IMG/VR virus record: IMGVR_UViG_3300020112_000420
Location: 1-64,000 of that record
Length of the DNA: 64,000 bases
Reading direction: 5' to 3' (one strand)
From: a virus
Lineage: Duplodnaviria > Caudoviricetes
Below the pieces are notes generated by a model that worked only from the letters and a program-made list of their open reading frames with translations, was not told the DNA's origin and ran no database searches. A program made the position numbers and the translations under genes. The first letter of the stretch is position 1; each line of letters opens with the position of its first letter. Below, piece by piece: positions 40,575-51,699 of this stretch.

Positions 40575-41272
40575 TGAATATGGTTCAGCCTTTTTACGAA
40601 AATTCTAGGGTTCGTCTGTTCTGCGGTGACAGCCGAGATGTTCTCAAGCAGTTGTCTGAAAACGGTGAGCGTTTTGACTTGATGCTGACCGACCCGCCGT
40701 ATGGTCTCGACCAAAAGCGGAACAAGCCGAGCGGCGTTAATGCCGAACGTGCGAAAGCCGCCTACAAGGACGACCTTTTCCCAGATACGCCCGAATATCT
40801 GCACGATGTCGTTCTGCCGATTATCGAATTGGGTCTTCAAGTGAGCGAATTGGGCATCGTCACGGGCGGCGTTGGATGTTGGAAGTATCTGCCTCCGCCA
40901 TCCGAAGAGGGGTGTATGTACATGCCATCTGCGCCAGGGTTCAACACTTGGGCGCATTCGGACTATCAGCCGATTTGGTACTACGGACACCCGAAGGGGA
41001 ATACGGGTAAATATCGCACGTTGTCGCATACCGTCACCGAGCGCGGGTTCTGCAAGTCGCACCCGTGCGCGAAGCCGTTGGAGTTTTGGAAGAAACTCAT
41101 GCTGTGCGGGACGGACGGCGAGAAGGACAAGCGCGTTCTCGACCCGTTCGCGGGTTCGGGTACGACGGGACGCGCCGCCCTTGACCTTGGCATGAAGGCG
41201 ACGCTCATTGAACTCAATCCGCGCTACTGCGAACTGATTGCCAAGACGTGCGCACAAGAATCTTTGTTCTAA
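40574..41272 (+). CDS. DNA amino-methyltransferase (N6/N4 family)
   Basis: MLTDPPYG; HPCAKP; VLDPFAGSGTTG; LIELN; ends AQESLF. Confidence 0.9.
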   Translation: MNMVQPFYENSRVRLFCGDSRDVLKQLSENGERFDLMLTDPPYGLDQKRNKPSGVNAERAKAAYKDDLFPDTPEYLHDVVLPIIELGLQVSELGIVTGGVGCWKYLPPPSEEGCMYMPSAPGFNTWAHSDYQPIWYYGHPKGNTGKYRTLSHTVTERGFCKSHPCAKPLEFWKKLMLCGTDGEKDKRVLDPFAGSGTTGRAALDLGMKATLIELNPRYCELIAKTCAQESLF

Positions 41273-41291
41273 ACGAAAGGAAAAACAAGAC

Positions 41292-42281
41292 ATGGGAGAG
41301 CATAAGTTGCCCGAAAAGGTGGCAGAATCGAACGAGCGCAAGGTGTACAAACTCGACGAAAAGGAGTTGGAATATGCAAAGACGCTCATGGGAACGTTCC
41401 AAATCGACCAGACGGAAGCCGAACAGCGGACGCTGATGGTCAAGAGGTTCGTGCTAGAACATGGGTCGCTCAAGAGCAACAAACGACTTGACATGAAGTT
41501 GGTCGAAGCGGCGGTTGACCTTATCAGCGCGGGGCTTGTCGTGCCGACATCGCAACACAAGGAAGACTACCCTCTGTCGGCGTTCGCGCTTCTGTTTGAA
41601 GCGGAATCGCGCAACAAGCCGAAGAGCAAGTTTCTCCGACTTTCCTTCAAGATGAAGGCGGGCGGCGACGAAGTGCGCGTTATCGTCATGCAGGACAAGT
41701 ACGCCGAAAAGGTGTTTGGCCCGATTGCCACGATGGATAGCCATTGCGTACCCGTTGACGAAGGTATGCCGAACAAGGCGGCAGATGAAAATGAGCAAGG
41801 TGTGGAGTAGGAAACGTAGGTGCGACGTGGATGAACGCGAACTGACCAACACGGAAGTCGCGGAATACCTTGAATGCATATACATCGCCACGTCACATTG
41901 TTGGTTTCCCGACAAGGCTAGAAACAATGTTGAAGCGGCATTGCGTCAGGCGATGAAGAGATTGAGAAAGTTAGACCGTATCGAAAGGAAGTCGAAATGA
42001 GTTTTATCAAAGCAATCAACCCGTTCTACGTTATGAAGGTTCGCCGCATTCGCAAGCGCGACGAACGCATGACGCGGGACGCGCTTCTGTTTTCGTATCT
42101 TGAATACATTACCGTTCTTTTGGAGAAGAACCTCCATTTGCAGGCGGTGAACGCTGGTTATGAAGACGGAAACCGAAATTTCAGAATGGACAAGTACGTT
42201 CGCAAGGGACGCTCGTGCCTTGACCGTTGGTGGAGCAACTACCGTTCCGCCAACGGCATTTCGCGTGACCCCCGTGACTGA
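41292..42281 (+). CDS. Three hypothetical ORFs (41292-41810, ~41788-42000, 41997-42281)
   Basis: Coupled ORFs. Confidence 0.5.
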
Positions 42282-42308
42282 CGAAAAAAAACATAGGAAA
42301 AAATAACA

Positions 42309-42707
42309 ATGACAAACGAAGAATATCAGAAGGCGGCGCATGGATTCGCGCAGTACGGAAACAACCCGCACTATCCCGAACTCATGCTTGCCGAAGAAGT
42401 CGGAGAACTCCTTGGCGTGGAGGCGAAGTTCATACGAAAGCACGAAGGCATGGACATTGAGAAGGCTATTGGGTGGGAAACGATGCGCGGCGATGCCTTG
42501 AAAGCACGAGACCGAATCAAGGGGGAATTGGGCGATATTCTATGGGGGGTGTCAGAATACGCCACGAGGCATGGGTTCACGCTGTCGGAAATCATGGACT
42601 ACAACATCGCCAAACTGACCGAGCGCAAGGAAACTGGTACAATCTGCGGAAGCGGTGAAACCGTCGAAGAGCGCAAGGCTAACGCCGAAAGGGAAAATGC
42701 AAAATGA
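42309..42707 (+). CDS. mazG: MazG-like nucleoside triphosphate pyrophosphohydrolase
   Basis: LMLAEEVGEL...IKGELGDILWGV...LSEIMDYNIAKL.ERK..G.I.GSG. Confidence 0.8.
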   Translation: MTNEEYQKAAHGFAQYGNNPHYPELMLAEEVGELLGVEAKFIRKHEGMDIEKAIGWETMRGDALKARDRIKGELGDILWGVSEYATRHGFTLSEIMDYNIAKLTERKETGTICGSGETVEERKANAERENAK

Positions 42708-43473
42708 ACCGCATTTTCATTGAGTGCGACGGTGTTCTCATGTATCTTGCCAAGCCCGACATGGTGTCGGTGCATGATGGAATGGCTACGATAGCCGTTA
42801 AGGGTAGCATACCTATCAGCGTTTCCGTTGAGAAGATTGAACAGTTGAAGGTGGTGGAAAAATGACAAACCTCGTCGCTATTCTCGTCGTGACGAACCTT
42901 GTGCGCGTTTCTTGCCCGTGCGGGTATTGCCACCATAGCATCGTCGTACCCGAACACGTCAACCGCCTTGGGTATGACTTGCGACTTGTCGTGACGACCA
43001 ACTACCTACCCGTCGTCTCATGGGAGAAAGTGAGGGAGAAATGACAAAATCTGAAAAGCATGAAAACGACATTCTTGCCAAAATCGACGAGTGCCTCGTA
43101 TTCCTAAAGAACTCTCCTTCAGAAGCGACGGTGCGTAAGGCGGCTGAACTTGAAGGGTACATTCTGAAATGGCGCGAAGGTTGCGTGTCTGCCATGTTCA
43201 AGAACGCAACAGAAATCGCCAAGACATTTATGGAAAGTCTTGGGCAGATTGGCATCAAGTTCGATATCCCGACCGAAAAGAAGGGAGATGGCAAATGAAC
43301 CTCGTCAAGTTGTGTCTGAAGGACAACTACGACCCATGCCCGTGGCGTAGGAAGCGTCACGAACACGACGGCGTTAGGATTTCCCGCTCGGTACACCGTT
43401 GCGCGAACCCGAAGGGTTGTGTGTGGGAGTATTGGGGCGAAGTGTGCGAAAAACTGAAAAAGGAAAACAAGTT

Positions 43474-44301
43474 ATGATGGAAAGCGAAAGCAAGGACACG
43501 CACGGCGCACTTGGAACGCCGTGGTACGGATTCGACCTCGATGGTACGCTGGCGTACTACGACCATTGGCACAACTACTGCCATATCGGTGCGCCCGTTC
43601 CGAAAATGGTGGAGCGCATCAAGGCGTACCACAATGCGGGCAAGTTGGTGAAAATCGTCACCGCCCGCGTCGCGCCGAAGGCGACCGACCCGAAGAAGCC
43701 ATGTGGCGGAACGCCGAAGGAGTGCCGCGAAGTCATTGAGAAGTGGTGTCGCAAGTACCTGGGGTTCGTACCCGAAATCACGCACGAGAAAGACCACCTC
43801 ATGTTGGAACTCTACGATGACCGCGTGAAGCAAGTCCGTTCCAACACGGGCGTTCTCGTCGAAGAGGAACTCGACGAAGTGACGAAGGAGAACCTCGCGC
43901 AGGCGGCGGAACTACTTGCCTTGAAGCGCGAGAAGGCGTACAGCAAGCACGTCGTGACCAAAAAGGAACTGTTGGACGCGCTGAACGAAATCGCGGACGA
44001 AGTGTATCTGACGCGCTATGTCGGAAACGTGAAAGAGCCGTATTTCCAAGAAGACGACATTACCGAAGACAACGGGCTGTCGTTCACCATAACCTTCTTG
44101 CGTTGCGACACGGAAACCATTGAAAAGCGCATTATGCGTTTGGTGCGGAAAGCCGAGAAGAAGTACGAAGTGAAAGACAGAAAGAAGAGCGGCATGTTCG
44201 CGGAAGTGCTTGAAGAGGAGTTTACGGGAAAGAAATACACCATGTATGAATGGCATTTCGACCCGAACTACGTCAGAAACCCCGAAGACGACGAGGATTG
44301 A
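43474..44301 (+). CDS. HAD-superfamily phosphatase fused to an unknown C-terminal domain
   Basis: GFDLDGTLA (motif I), IVTAR (motif II), K..LYDDR (motifs III/IV). Confidence 0.7.
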   Translation: MMESESKDTHGALGTPWYGFDLDGTLAYYDHWHNYCHIGAPVPKMVERIKAYHNAGKLVKIVTARVAPKATDPKKPCGGTPKECREVIEKWCRKYLGFVPEITHEKDHLMLELYDDRVKQVRSNTGVLVEEELDEVTKENLAQAAELLALKREKAYSKHVVTKKELLDALNEIADEVYLTRYVGNVKEPYFQEDDITEDNGLSFTITFLRCDTETIEKRIMRLVRKAEKKYEVKDRKKSGMFAEVLEEEFTGKKYTMYEWHFDPNYVRNPEDDED

Positions 44302-45098
44302 TGGGAATGACGGAAAGACGATACGATACGGCGGCGGACGGGAACGCCATATCCCCGTTTCTCGACAGGAACTTCTACGGCGAAATGTCGTGCAACATGG
44401 GCATTACGCCGACGAGGATTGACGACAGAGCGTTGCAGTACCGTGGCGTGGACGTGAAAATCGAAGGAATGCGCGGCACGTCGTACATAGACGAAAAGGT
44501 GAAACTCAACAACATCAACAACCCGCCGCCGAACTTCTGCTTTGAACTGTCGTCCATCCAAGGCGCGAAACAACGCGAAGGGTGGCTTACGCACCCCGAA
44601 TCGCTGACGACGCACTATCTCATCGGTTGCGTGTTCTCGCGAAACACGGACAAGAAGACGCTTACCGAAACGCAAGTAGACCACATTACCGCGTCGCTGA
44701 TAAGCAAGACCGACGTTATCGTCTATCTGGCGTCGCTGGGTCTGACGGTCGATTATCTGCGCGACTTCGCGGCGAAGTTCAACCGCACATGCGAAATCGC
44801 GGGAGGCGTGAACGGACGCATTCAGCGCATTAGCGTCAAGGACACCGATGCCGTGTGGATGACGTGTTCGCATTGGCTTGACGAACGACCGCTCAACATC
44901 GTCATACCGTCCAAGACGCTCAACCTTCTCCCGCATACGAGGAGGTACTGCATATCTCGCGGCGGCTACGTCGAAATCGGCTACCCGACGAGCGAGGACG
45001 TGCTGACGGCGCGTATCATCGAAATGGAACGGCGCATGGGCGAAATCGAAGAGAGGTTGGCGAATTTGGAGGATTCCGACGTTGACAAGGCGATATGA
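44301..45098 (+). CDS. PD-(D/E)xK nuclease-fold protein
   Basis: LQYRGVDVKI...YIDEKVK pattern. Confidence 0.45.
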   Translation: MGMTERRYDTAADGNAISPFLDRNFYGEMSCNMGITPTRIDDRALQYRGVDVKIEGMRGTSYIDEKVKLNNINNPPPNFCFELSSIQGAKQREGWLTHPESLTTHYLIGCVFSRNTDKKTLTETQVDHITASLISKTDVIVYLASLGLTVDYLRDFAAKFNRTCEIAGGVNGRIQRISVKDTDAVWMTCSHWLDERPLNIVIPSKTLNLLPHTRRYCISRGGYVEIGYPTSEDVLTARIIEMERRMGEIEERLANLEDSDVDKAI

Positions 45099-45107
45099 AA
45101 AAAACTC

Positions 45108-45150
45108 AAAATTCCCCCTTGCGGTACAGTTGGTAGTTGTGATATAATTT
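45108..45150 (+). promoter_or_regulatory. Early-type promoter P9
   Basis: aaaattccccc TTGCGG(45119) N18 TATAAT(45143). Confidence 0.7.
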
Positions 45151-45175
45151 ACGCCGTCAGCGAAAACGGGAGTCG

Positions 45176-46895
45176 ATGACCATGAAAGACATAGACAGAA
45201 AGCCAAAGACCATTGCACAATGGCGACAGTTCCTCGACCGCTTCAACGAAACGGAGCGGTGGAGGACGGGGGAAGACGACCGCACGATGAAGGAAGTCAT
45301 ACCCGACATCGGACTCTACCACATGGAAATGCGCATGGTGGCGACCATCATCAGGGAATCCATTGCGCTCTTGCCGAAGGCGTTGGAAGAGTGCGAGAAC
45401 TGCCAGCCGTCCGTGCCGTGCGCCGACGGTTGCCTTGCCGAGGCGTTCCTCACCATTTTCGGACTTCACGGAAAGCCGAAAGGCGACACCACGAAGACAA
45501 AGGAAAAAAACAAGATGAAAGGGAAGAAATGAAGAAGAAAACCAATGACAAGCGGGAAACCGACGGTCTGCCCGACTGCAAGAAGTGCATGAAGGAGAAC
45601 GGAGGCAAATGCCCCGATGAAATCAAGCCCATCCGCATGGCGGTCTGCGACCTTCACGCGCTGTTGGATTTCGCGTTCAATGCGCGTTTCCTTCTGCTTG
45701 CGCTTGCGCCCGACTACAAAAAGGACACCAAGGGCTACCGCATGATGAAGTGCATCGACGAGAGCGGGACGTTCCTCCGTCAGATGGCAAAGACAGTCGG
45801 TTTCAAGTCCCCCGTTTCGCTCTGCGACAGCGATTTCGGCGGCAAGAGCGACAAGTCGGGAGGCAAGAAGACCGTCGGCAAGGCGACCAAGAAGACCGTC
45901 AAGAAGGGGGGCAAGTGACATGAGGTACGCGCTCAAGGACGTAAGGCAGAACGCCAAAGACCTTCTTGCCTTGCAGACGAAGGAAATCCAGGACGCGAAG
46001 AAGCGCAAGGTTGCGGAAGGCGAAATCGACCGCGAGGTGGCGGAGAGCGGACGCGAGGCGATGACCACGGCGTTCCTCATGCTTGGTCTCGTGACGAACG
46101 AGGAAGCCCAGGCGATTTACAAGAAGCGGTGGACGAACGCCGACATCAAGGCGATTGAGTCCACGAAGTCGTGGATGTGCGCCGAATCGCGCCTAGCCAA
46201 CGACTTCCGCCGCGTCGAAAACGGCAAGAAGAAAGGAGCGAAGTGACATGGCTATCATCATTACCGACGGCAAGGAACGAGGCGCGGACAAGGGCAAGCG
46301 CGAATCCAACGGGCGTTTCGCCAAGAAGACGGACTTGAATACCGTCGCTCCGCACGATTCCCGCAACAATCTCTGCGTCATGTCTTTCAGCGATGAAGTT
46401 CCTCATCATGTTCGCCGTCGCTGTGCCGAGTACGTCAACGAAGTGCTGAACCGCGACTTCGACGAAACGACCAAGCCATGGTTCGCGACCGATTACCGCG
46501 ACAAGATTCTGTTGATTGGCGAACGCCTTGCGAACATGCGTCTCGCAAGGATTCTTGGCGAAAAGAACGCCACCATCACGAGCATGGAAGAGCGCATCAA
46601 GAACCTTGCCGCGTTGGTTGACGAACGCGACAGGCAGATTCACGACCTTGACCTCACGGCGGAATCCAAGTTGAACCAGACGCTTGCCGAAAAGACCGAC
46701 ATGCAGAATACCATCGACGACCTCCGCAAGTTGAGCGACAAGCGTCTTGAAGACAACCGCTTACTTTGCAAGTACCACGACTTCAAGTTGGCGGAATCGA
46801 ACAACTTGGGTTGGTTCAAGTGTTTTATGGGCTTTGCGCTCGGCATCGCCATCGCCATGCTCGTTTCAAACATCAAGGTGGGAAAGTTGTTCTAA
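45176..46895 (+). CDS. Four hypothetical ORFs (45176-45532, 45529-45918, 45920-46246, 46248-46895; the last is coiled-coil with a C-terminal TM)
   Basis: Coupled ORFs. Confidence 0.5.
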
Positions 46896-47617
46896 TGGCG
46901 AACATGCGTTTGGAAGACCTACCCGAACGCTATCAGACGCAGGCGAGGCGGCAGTTGAACGCCCCCCGCCTTGCGTCTTTGCTCGTTAAAAAGGTCGGTT
47001 GCGTCGAGAAGGGGGCTAAAAAGCCCATAGGAACGCTTGGCGGAAAAGGCGGCTCATTGACCGAAAAACCGAAACGGAACGCCTGCAAGGGCGGAAAACG
47101 CGCAAAATCGGACATCGTGACATGTATAAGGGGTGTCGTGTGCGATTTTTCATTTTATTCGGGAAAAACCACCCTTAAAATAGACGTAGACCCATCCAAA
47201 ATACCGACGGCACAGCAGAAGGGAGCGGGCATTCGTGGCGGAAAACTCCATTTCTTCACGAAAAAGAAGGTCGCCGCATGGGAAAAGGCATTGGTTTCGG
47301 CATTGAAGCCTTTGGCTTCCAAATTTGACCAATACCGCCGTGCCGCGCATGAAAACGGCATCGCCATTGACATGGAGTTCGCCTTCCGATACCCCGTCCA
47401 AACGCCGAACCGCGTCCTTTTGCTCGGCTCTTCGGCCATGGTGAAGCGTCCCGACGTGGATAACTTGTGCAAGGGGGTCATGGACTGCCTTACAATGTCG
47501 GGCATATTGGACGACGACAACTGCGTTTCGACGCTTCACCTTCGGAAATGCCGCGAAACGTGCGAACCCTATATCATGGTTTCCATTGCCAAGGACACTT
47601 GGATGAGCGCATGTTGA
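46895..47617 (+). CDS. rusA: RusA-like Holliday junction resolvase
   Basis: KRPDVDNLCKGVMDCL...ILDDDNCV; TAATG coupling. Confidence 0.8.
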   Translation: MANMRLEDLPERYQTQARRQLNAPRLASLLVKKVGCVEKGAKKPIGTLGGKGGSLTEKPKRNACKGGKRAKSDIVTCIRGVVCDFSFYSGKTTLKIDVDPSKIPTAQQKGAGIRGGKLHFFTKKKVAAWEKALVSALKPLASKFDQYRRAAHENGIAIDMEFAFRYPVQTPNRVLLLGSSAMVKRPDVDNLCKGVMDCLTMSGILDDDNCVSTLHLRKCRETCEPYIMVSIAKDTWMSAC

Positions 47618-47681
47618 CCGAGGGGCTGTCGTTGAAAGGAATGCGACACGGGTGAAACGGAAGATACGATAGCGCGGAAAA

Positions 47682-48707
47682 ATGGCACGAAGCGACGAAA
47701 CGGGGAACTGCACCAAATGCGCTCACCAAGCGGAGATAGCGGCGGCGACGACCGACGCGGAACGCACACGCCTACAGAAAATCTGCCTGCGGTGCATCCG
47801 TGGTTGCGACAAGTGCGAACACGGAAAGCGAAAGGACGCGCTCGACGGATTCATCGACATGTGCGACGGCGGCAAGTCCGTTGCCGACTTGTACCTCGAA
47901 AAGTCAGACATACGCAAGCGGCATTGCGAACCATGCAAAGACCCTCGGCAGAACACGGGTTGCCGCAACTGCCCATTCCGAGAACGCATCGACACCATTT
48001 CGCTTGTCGTCCAACTCATTGAGCGCAAGGGCGTTTTAGCTGGCAAGAACAAAGTCCCGTCGTCATGGAACGACGGCGTACCGACGCGCCTCGATGCCTT
48101 GAAGGAGCGAAACCGCATTACCTACGAGGTATGCACAAAGTGCCGCAAAGCACCATTCACCGATGACTGCGCCCCGCACGGCGGGAAGGAAGTCGTCGCC
48201 TTTGAAGCCGCCGAAAACCCCGACTCCATACTTGAATACGCCGACCCATTCGCCTTCCAGCACGACAAGAAGGACTTTCGACACTTCGACGAAACAGCGA
48301 CGGAACAAGAGGATTTCGTCCGCAACAAGGTCACGAAGCAACTCACCGCCGCCGTCGAAGAACGCCTCAAAATCGAGATTTCCAACTTCGGGTCGAAACT
48401 CGACATGATTGACCGCGAACTCGTCTTCTTCATACTTCACGGCGGACACCTCAAGGACTTCGGCTCGATGCAATGGGCGCAGAAGTACATGCAGAAACTC
48501 ACCACCCCTATGACCAAGCAGGCGATTCACAACCGATTCAAGAAGGTGTGCCACGAAATGCCCATTCTCCGCTCCGTAGCGCATGGCATGATTGGCAAGG
48601 GAAAGGGCGGAAAGGGACGCGCCAAGGCACAGCCATCCTATCAGCAACTCGACATGTTCTCCGTTCTCGCGGGAATTGCGTCGGCGGCGAACGGTTCGGG
48701 CGAATAA
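47682..48707 (+). CDS. Cys-rich protein with C-terminal sigma-region-4-like HTH; candidate late transcription regulator
   Basis: Several CxxC pairs; LDMIDRELVFFILHGG...MTKQAIHNRFKKV; located between RusA and the packaging genes. Confidence 0.45.
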   Translation: MARSDETGNCTKCAHQAEIAAATTDAERTRLQKICLRCIRGCDKCEHGKRKDALDGFIDMCDGGKSVADLYLEKSDIRKRHCEPCKDPRQNTGCRNCPFRERIDTISLVVQLIERKGVLAGKNKVPSSWNDGVPTRLDALKERNRITYEVCTKCRKAPFTDDCAPHGGKEVVAFEAAENPDSILEYADPFAFQHDKKDFRHFDETATEQEDFVRNKVTKQLTAAVEERLKIEISNFGSKLDMIDRELVFFILHGGHLKDFGSMQWAQKYMQKLTTPMTKQAIHNRFKKVCHEMPILRSVAHGMIGKGKGGKGRAKAQPSYQQLDMFSVLAGIASAANGSGE

Positions 48708-49493
48708 AAAGCAAAACCGCATGGAAAGAACTTATCCGACCACCTACTTGCTGATGAAAAGCGGCCCGTGTGCCTACGCCTGCAAACATGACGGCGACTG
48801 CGACAAATGCAAAGAATACGGCGACATCCGATCTTGCCCGTGGAACGTCTACGTCACGAAACGCTATTGCCGCTTGTGCCGTGAGCGCATGTTTTCAGTA
48901 GAGCAACTAACAAAGAAGGTTTCCGAGGTTTCCGAATGAACGACATTGAAACGCTAATGGGTGGCATGAACATCGGAGGCGATGCGGCGCACATGTCGCC
49001 ACGGCAGATTCTAGACATGCGATTCGGCATTGCGCAGAAAATCGCACAACGGGCCGCCCAACAGCAAAAACTGATTGCCACCCGTGGTCTCGACAAAGCC
49101 TTGCTTCAATCGGCTCACCGTAAACACTTGTTTCCGGTTCGCTCTATCCCCGCGCCCGCACACGCGACGCTCGGTAGCATACCAAATGAAGAAAAACGTT
49201 ATCAAGAAAGATTAACAATCATCAATGCCATTCGGCAGAGAATGGGCGCAATCCCCATGCCAAAAAAAGTGCGCGAAGAACGCATAAAAAAGGGCTTGCC
49301 AGTTCCAGACCCAAATGTACCCTATGTTATCGTCGAAGCACCCGATAACTCGCAAGAAAACAAAGAACAACAACAATTCCAATCATTTTCGTGAGTTCGT
49401 TAAATAGGTTGGACATAGCCGTGGCGTGACCCGTGTATAGATAGCGCACACGCACGCGCACGAATGGCATTATAAACATAAGGAGAAAACAGT

Positions 49494-50366
49494 ATGGCGA
49501 AAAGTTTACAAACGCGGTTCGGGAAGATTAAAAAACTGCACAATAATCCTCGGAAAATCAGCAAGGTGCAAATGCAGAAGTTGGTAGACAGTCTGTACGA
49601 GGACAAGGACTTCATGCCGTTCGGCGGCATTGTGATAGACGAGAACAACGAGATATTGAGCGGGAACCAGCGGTACACGGCGTTGCAGACCATCCACGAA
49701 GAATTGCAGGGACAAGACGACATCGAGGATGTGGATTGGCAGTCGATACGGGACGGCGTGATACCCGACAAGTGGGTATTGCAGATGACGCGACCGTCGG
49801 AGTTGAGCGAAGCGGAGTGGGAAGCGAAGAAGAAGCGGTATGTCATCAAGATGAACTCTCCCGAAGGAATGAGCGGCGAGTTCGACTACGAGATATTGCA
49901 GGCGGAGTTCGGCATGGAAATCCTTGGGGAGTCGGGCATTGACTTCGCGAACTTGACGGACGACGTGCAGAAGAACGACGGGGAAGAGAAGACGGAGGAG
50001 ATAGAGGGAAGTCCCGTCGGTGAGAACAACGAGCGCATAGCATCGTTCAAGGATTTGCGAAATTCGTTCAAGAATCGCGCATGGGACATGGCGGAAGCGG
50101 CGCACTATGTCTGTTTCGTGTTTCAGAACACGGAGCAGAAGCATGATTTTCTTGAGAAGGCGAAAATCGGAAGCCGCTATGGGCTGTTTGCCAACGGCAT
50201 TGACTTGGCGAAGGCGATGGGCATTGAACTTGTGGAAGCGAAGGGAGTCCGTGCGGCGGTTGAACTATCGCCCGTCAAGGACTTGAAGGCGATGACGCTG
50301 AATCCCGAAGCGGACGAAGACGACAAAGAAGACGACAATGAAGATGGCGAAGGCGAAGAATCGTGA
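49494..50366 (+). CDS. ParB/Srx-like domain protein
   Basis: LHNNPRKIS...LVDSL...IVIDENNEILSGNQRYTAL; AAGGAG SD. Confidence 0.8.
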   Translation: MAKSLQTRFGKIKKLHNNPRKISKVQMQKLVDSLYEDKDFMPFGGIVIDENNEILSGNQRYTALQTIHEELQGQDDIEDVDWQSIRDGVIPDKWVLQMTRPSELSEAEWEAKKKRYVIKMNSPEGMSGEFDYEILQAEFGMEILGESGIDFANLTDDVQKNDGEEKTEEIEGSPVGENNERIASFKDLRNSFKNRAWDMAEAAHYVCFVFQNTEQKHDFLEKAKIGSRYGLFANGIDLAKAMGIELVEAKGVRAAVELSPVKDLKAMTLNPEADEDDKEDDNEDGEGEES

Positions 50367-50372
50367 TTGACT

Positions 50373-50388
50373 TTTACCGAATGGCTAT
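50373..50388 (+). promoter_or_regulatory. Putative late-promoter motif TTTACC-N3-TGGCTAT
   Basis: tttaccgaatggctat, upstream of 50444. Confidence 0.55.
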
Positions 50389-50443
50389 AAGTGGACTTTG
50401 ATAAGTCCATTATTCCAATAAAATAAAAAGGAGATACAAGAAA

Positions 50444-50677
50444 ATGGCTACGAAGAAGAAAGCGGCGGGAATGCCTGGGCGCGTCAAGTCCGCAAGTGGT
50501 GTCAAGGTCGCGAAGGGTAGCGGCTTTACGGCGTTCGCTCGGACGCGGAAGGTCGGCAAAGGCGGCGGTCGTACTGCCTATGGCAAGATGTCGGTCGTTC
50601 GCGGCGGCGGCAAGGTCGCGGTGAGCGGCAAGGGTACTCACGCCTACAAGAACGGTTCGCACGAGCCGAGCAAGTGA
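50444..50677 (+). CDS. Small basic Gly/Lys-rich protein, paralogue A
   Basis: MATKK...HAYKNGSHEPSK; AAGGAG SD. Confidence 0.65.
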   Translation: MATKKKAAGMPGRVKSASGVKVAKGSGFTAFARTRKVGKGGGRTAYGKMSVVRGGGKVAVSGKGTHAYKNGSHEPSK

Positions 50678-50697
50678 TTTCAACAGGAGGTGTCAGA

Positions 50698-50865
50698 ATG
50701 GCTACGAAAAAGAATGGCAAGGGCAAGGCGAAGGCGACGAGGACTGTTCCCAGGAACATTAACGACACTTGGGGGATGCTGAAGCGCGGCGCGAACGCCC
50801 ATGTGACCACGAAAACGAAGGGCGGACATACCTACAAGGGTACGTCGCACGAGCCGACCAAGTAA
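50698..50865 (+). CDS. Small basic protein, paralogue B
   Basis: MATKK...HTYKGTSHEPTK; AGGAGG SD. Confidence 0.65.
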   Translation: MATKKNGKGKAKATRTVPRNINDTWGMLKRGANAHVTTKTKGGHTYKGTSHEPTK

Positions 50866-50868
50866 GGT

Positions 50869-51699
50869 ATGGTTTTCGACCTTCCTTTCAACACGCCCGA
50901 AACCGACGCGCTCTGCAAGGAGATTGCCAAACGGTCGAAGGGCGTGTGTCTTTTAGGGTTCAGCGGAGGCAAGGATGCCGTCTGCGCGTGGCTGAACCTT
51001 TCGCGCTATTTCAAGCGCATCGTCCCTTTCCATTGCGCCACGATACCGAAACTCCCCGTGCGGGAGGAGGCGTTGCGGTACTATGAGCATGTGTTCGACA
51101 CGCATATCTACCGCATGGCGGAAAAGGACATTTTCACGATGATGTCCCGCATGATTTACCAACTCTACGGCGACGAGGACTTCATCGACTCGCTCGGATT
51201 CTTCGACTACGACAAGTGCGACATAGCCGACTTTCTGCGCTACAAGTTGAACCTTCCGAAAGCGTGGTGCGCGTTCGGCATAAACGCCTGCGATTCGCTT
51301 GAGCGTCGCTTTCTATGCAGTTCGTGCGGGGGTATGCACGAAGAGGGCATGTCGTTTTACCCGACGTGGAACTGGCCGAGGGCTGAAATCCTCAACACCA
51401 TCCGCGTCAATGAAATCAAACTGTCGGATGAATACAACCACTTCTGCGGTTCTATCGACACCGCACCGACGTGGCACATGATTAACAAGTTGAAGAAATA
51501 CTATCCGACGGAGTATGCTATTTTGAAGGACTACCTACCGCTGTGCGAGGCGGAACTTGCGCGTCAGGACTTTCGCCGCGAATGGCTGAAGGTGGACGAA
51601 CGGGGACGCAAGCGCGACTCGGACGAAGAAGCGGAAAAGGAGGAACGTTCCAACGGGAAGGACGGAGCAAATGAAACCAGCACAAGGGAAGAAGGATGA
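50869..51699 (+). CDS. PAPS-reductase-like PP-loop (adenine nucleotide alpha-hydrolase) protein
   Basis: LLGFSGGKDAV; GINACDSLERR; YPTWNW. Confidence 0.75.
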   Translation: MVFDLPFNTPETDALCKEIAKRSKGVCLLGFSGGKDAVCAWLNLSRYFKRIVPFHCATIPKLPVREEALRYYEHVFDTHIYRMAEKDIFTMMSRMIYQLYGDEDFIDSLGFFDYDKCDIADFLRYKLNLPKAWCAFGINACDSLERRFLCSSCGGMHEEGMSFYPTWNWPRAEILNTIRVNEIKLSDEYNHFCGSIDTAPTWHMINKLKKYYPTEYAILKDYLPLCEAELARQDFRREWLKVDERGRKRDSDEEAEKEERSNGKDGANETSTREEG

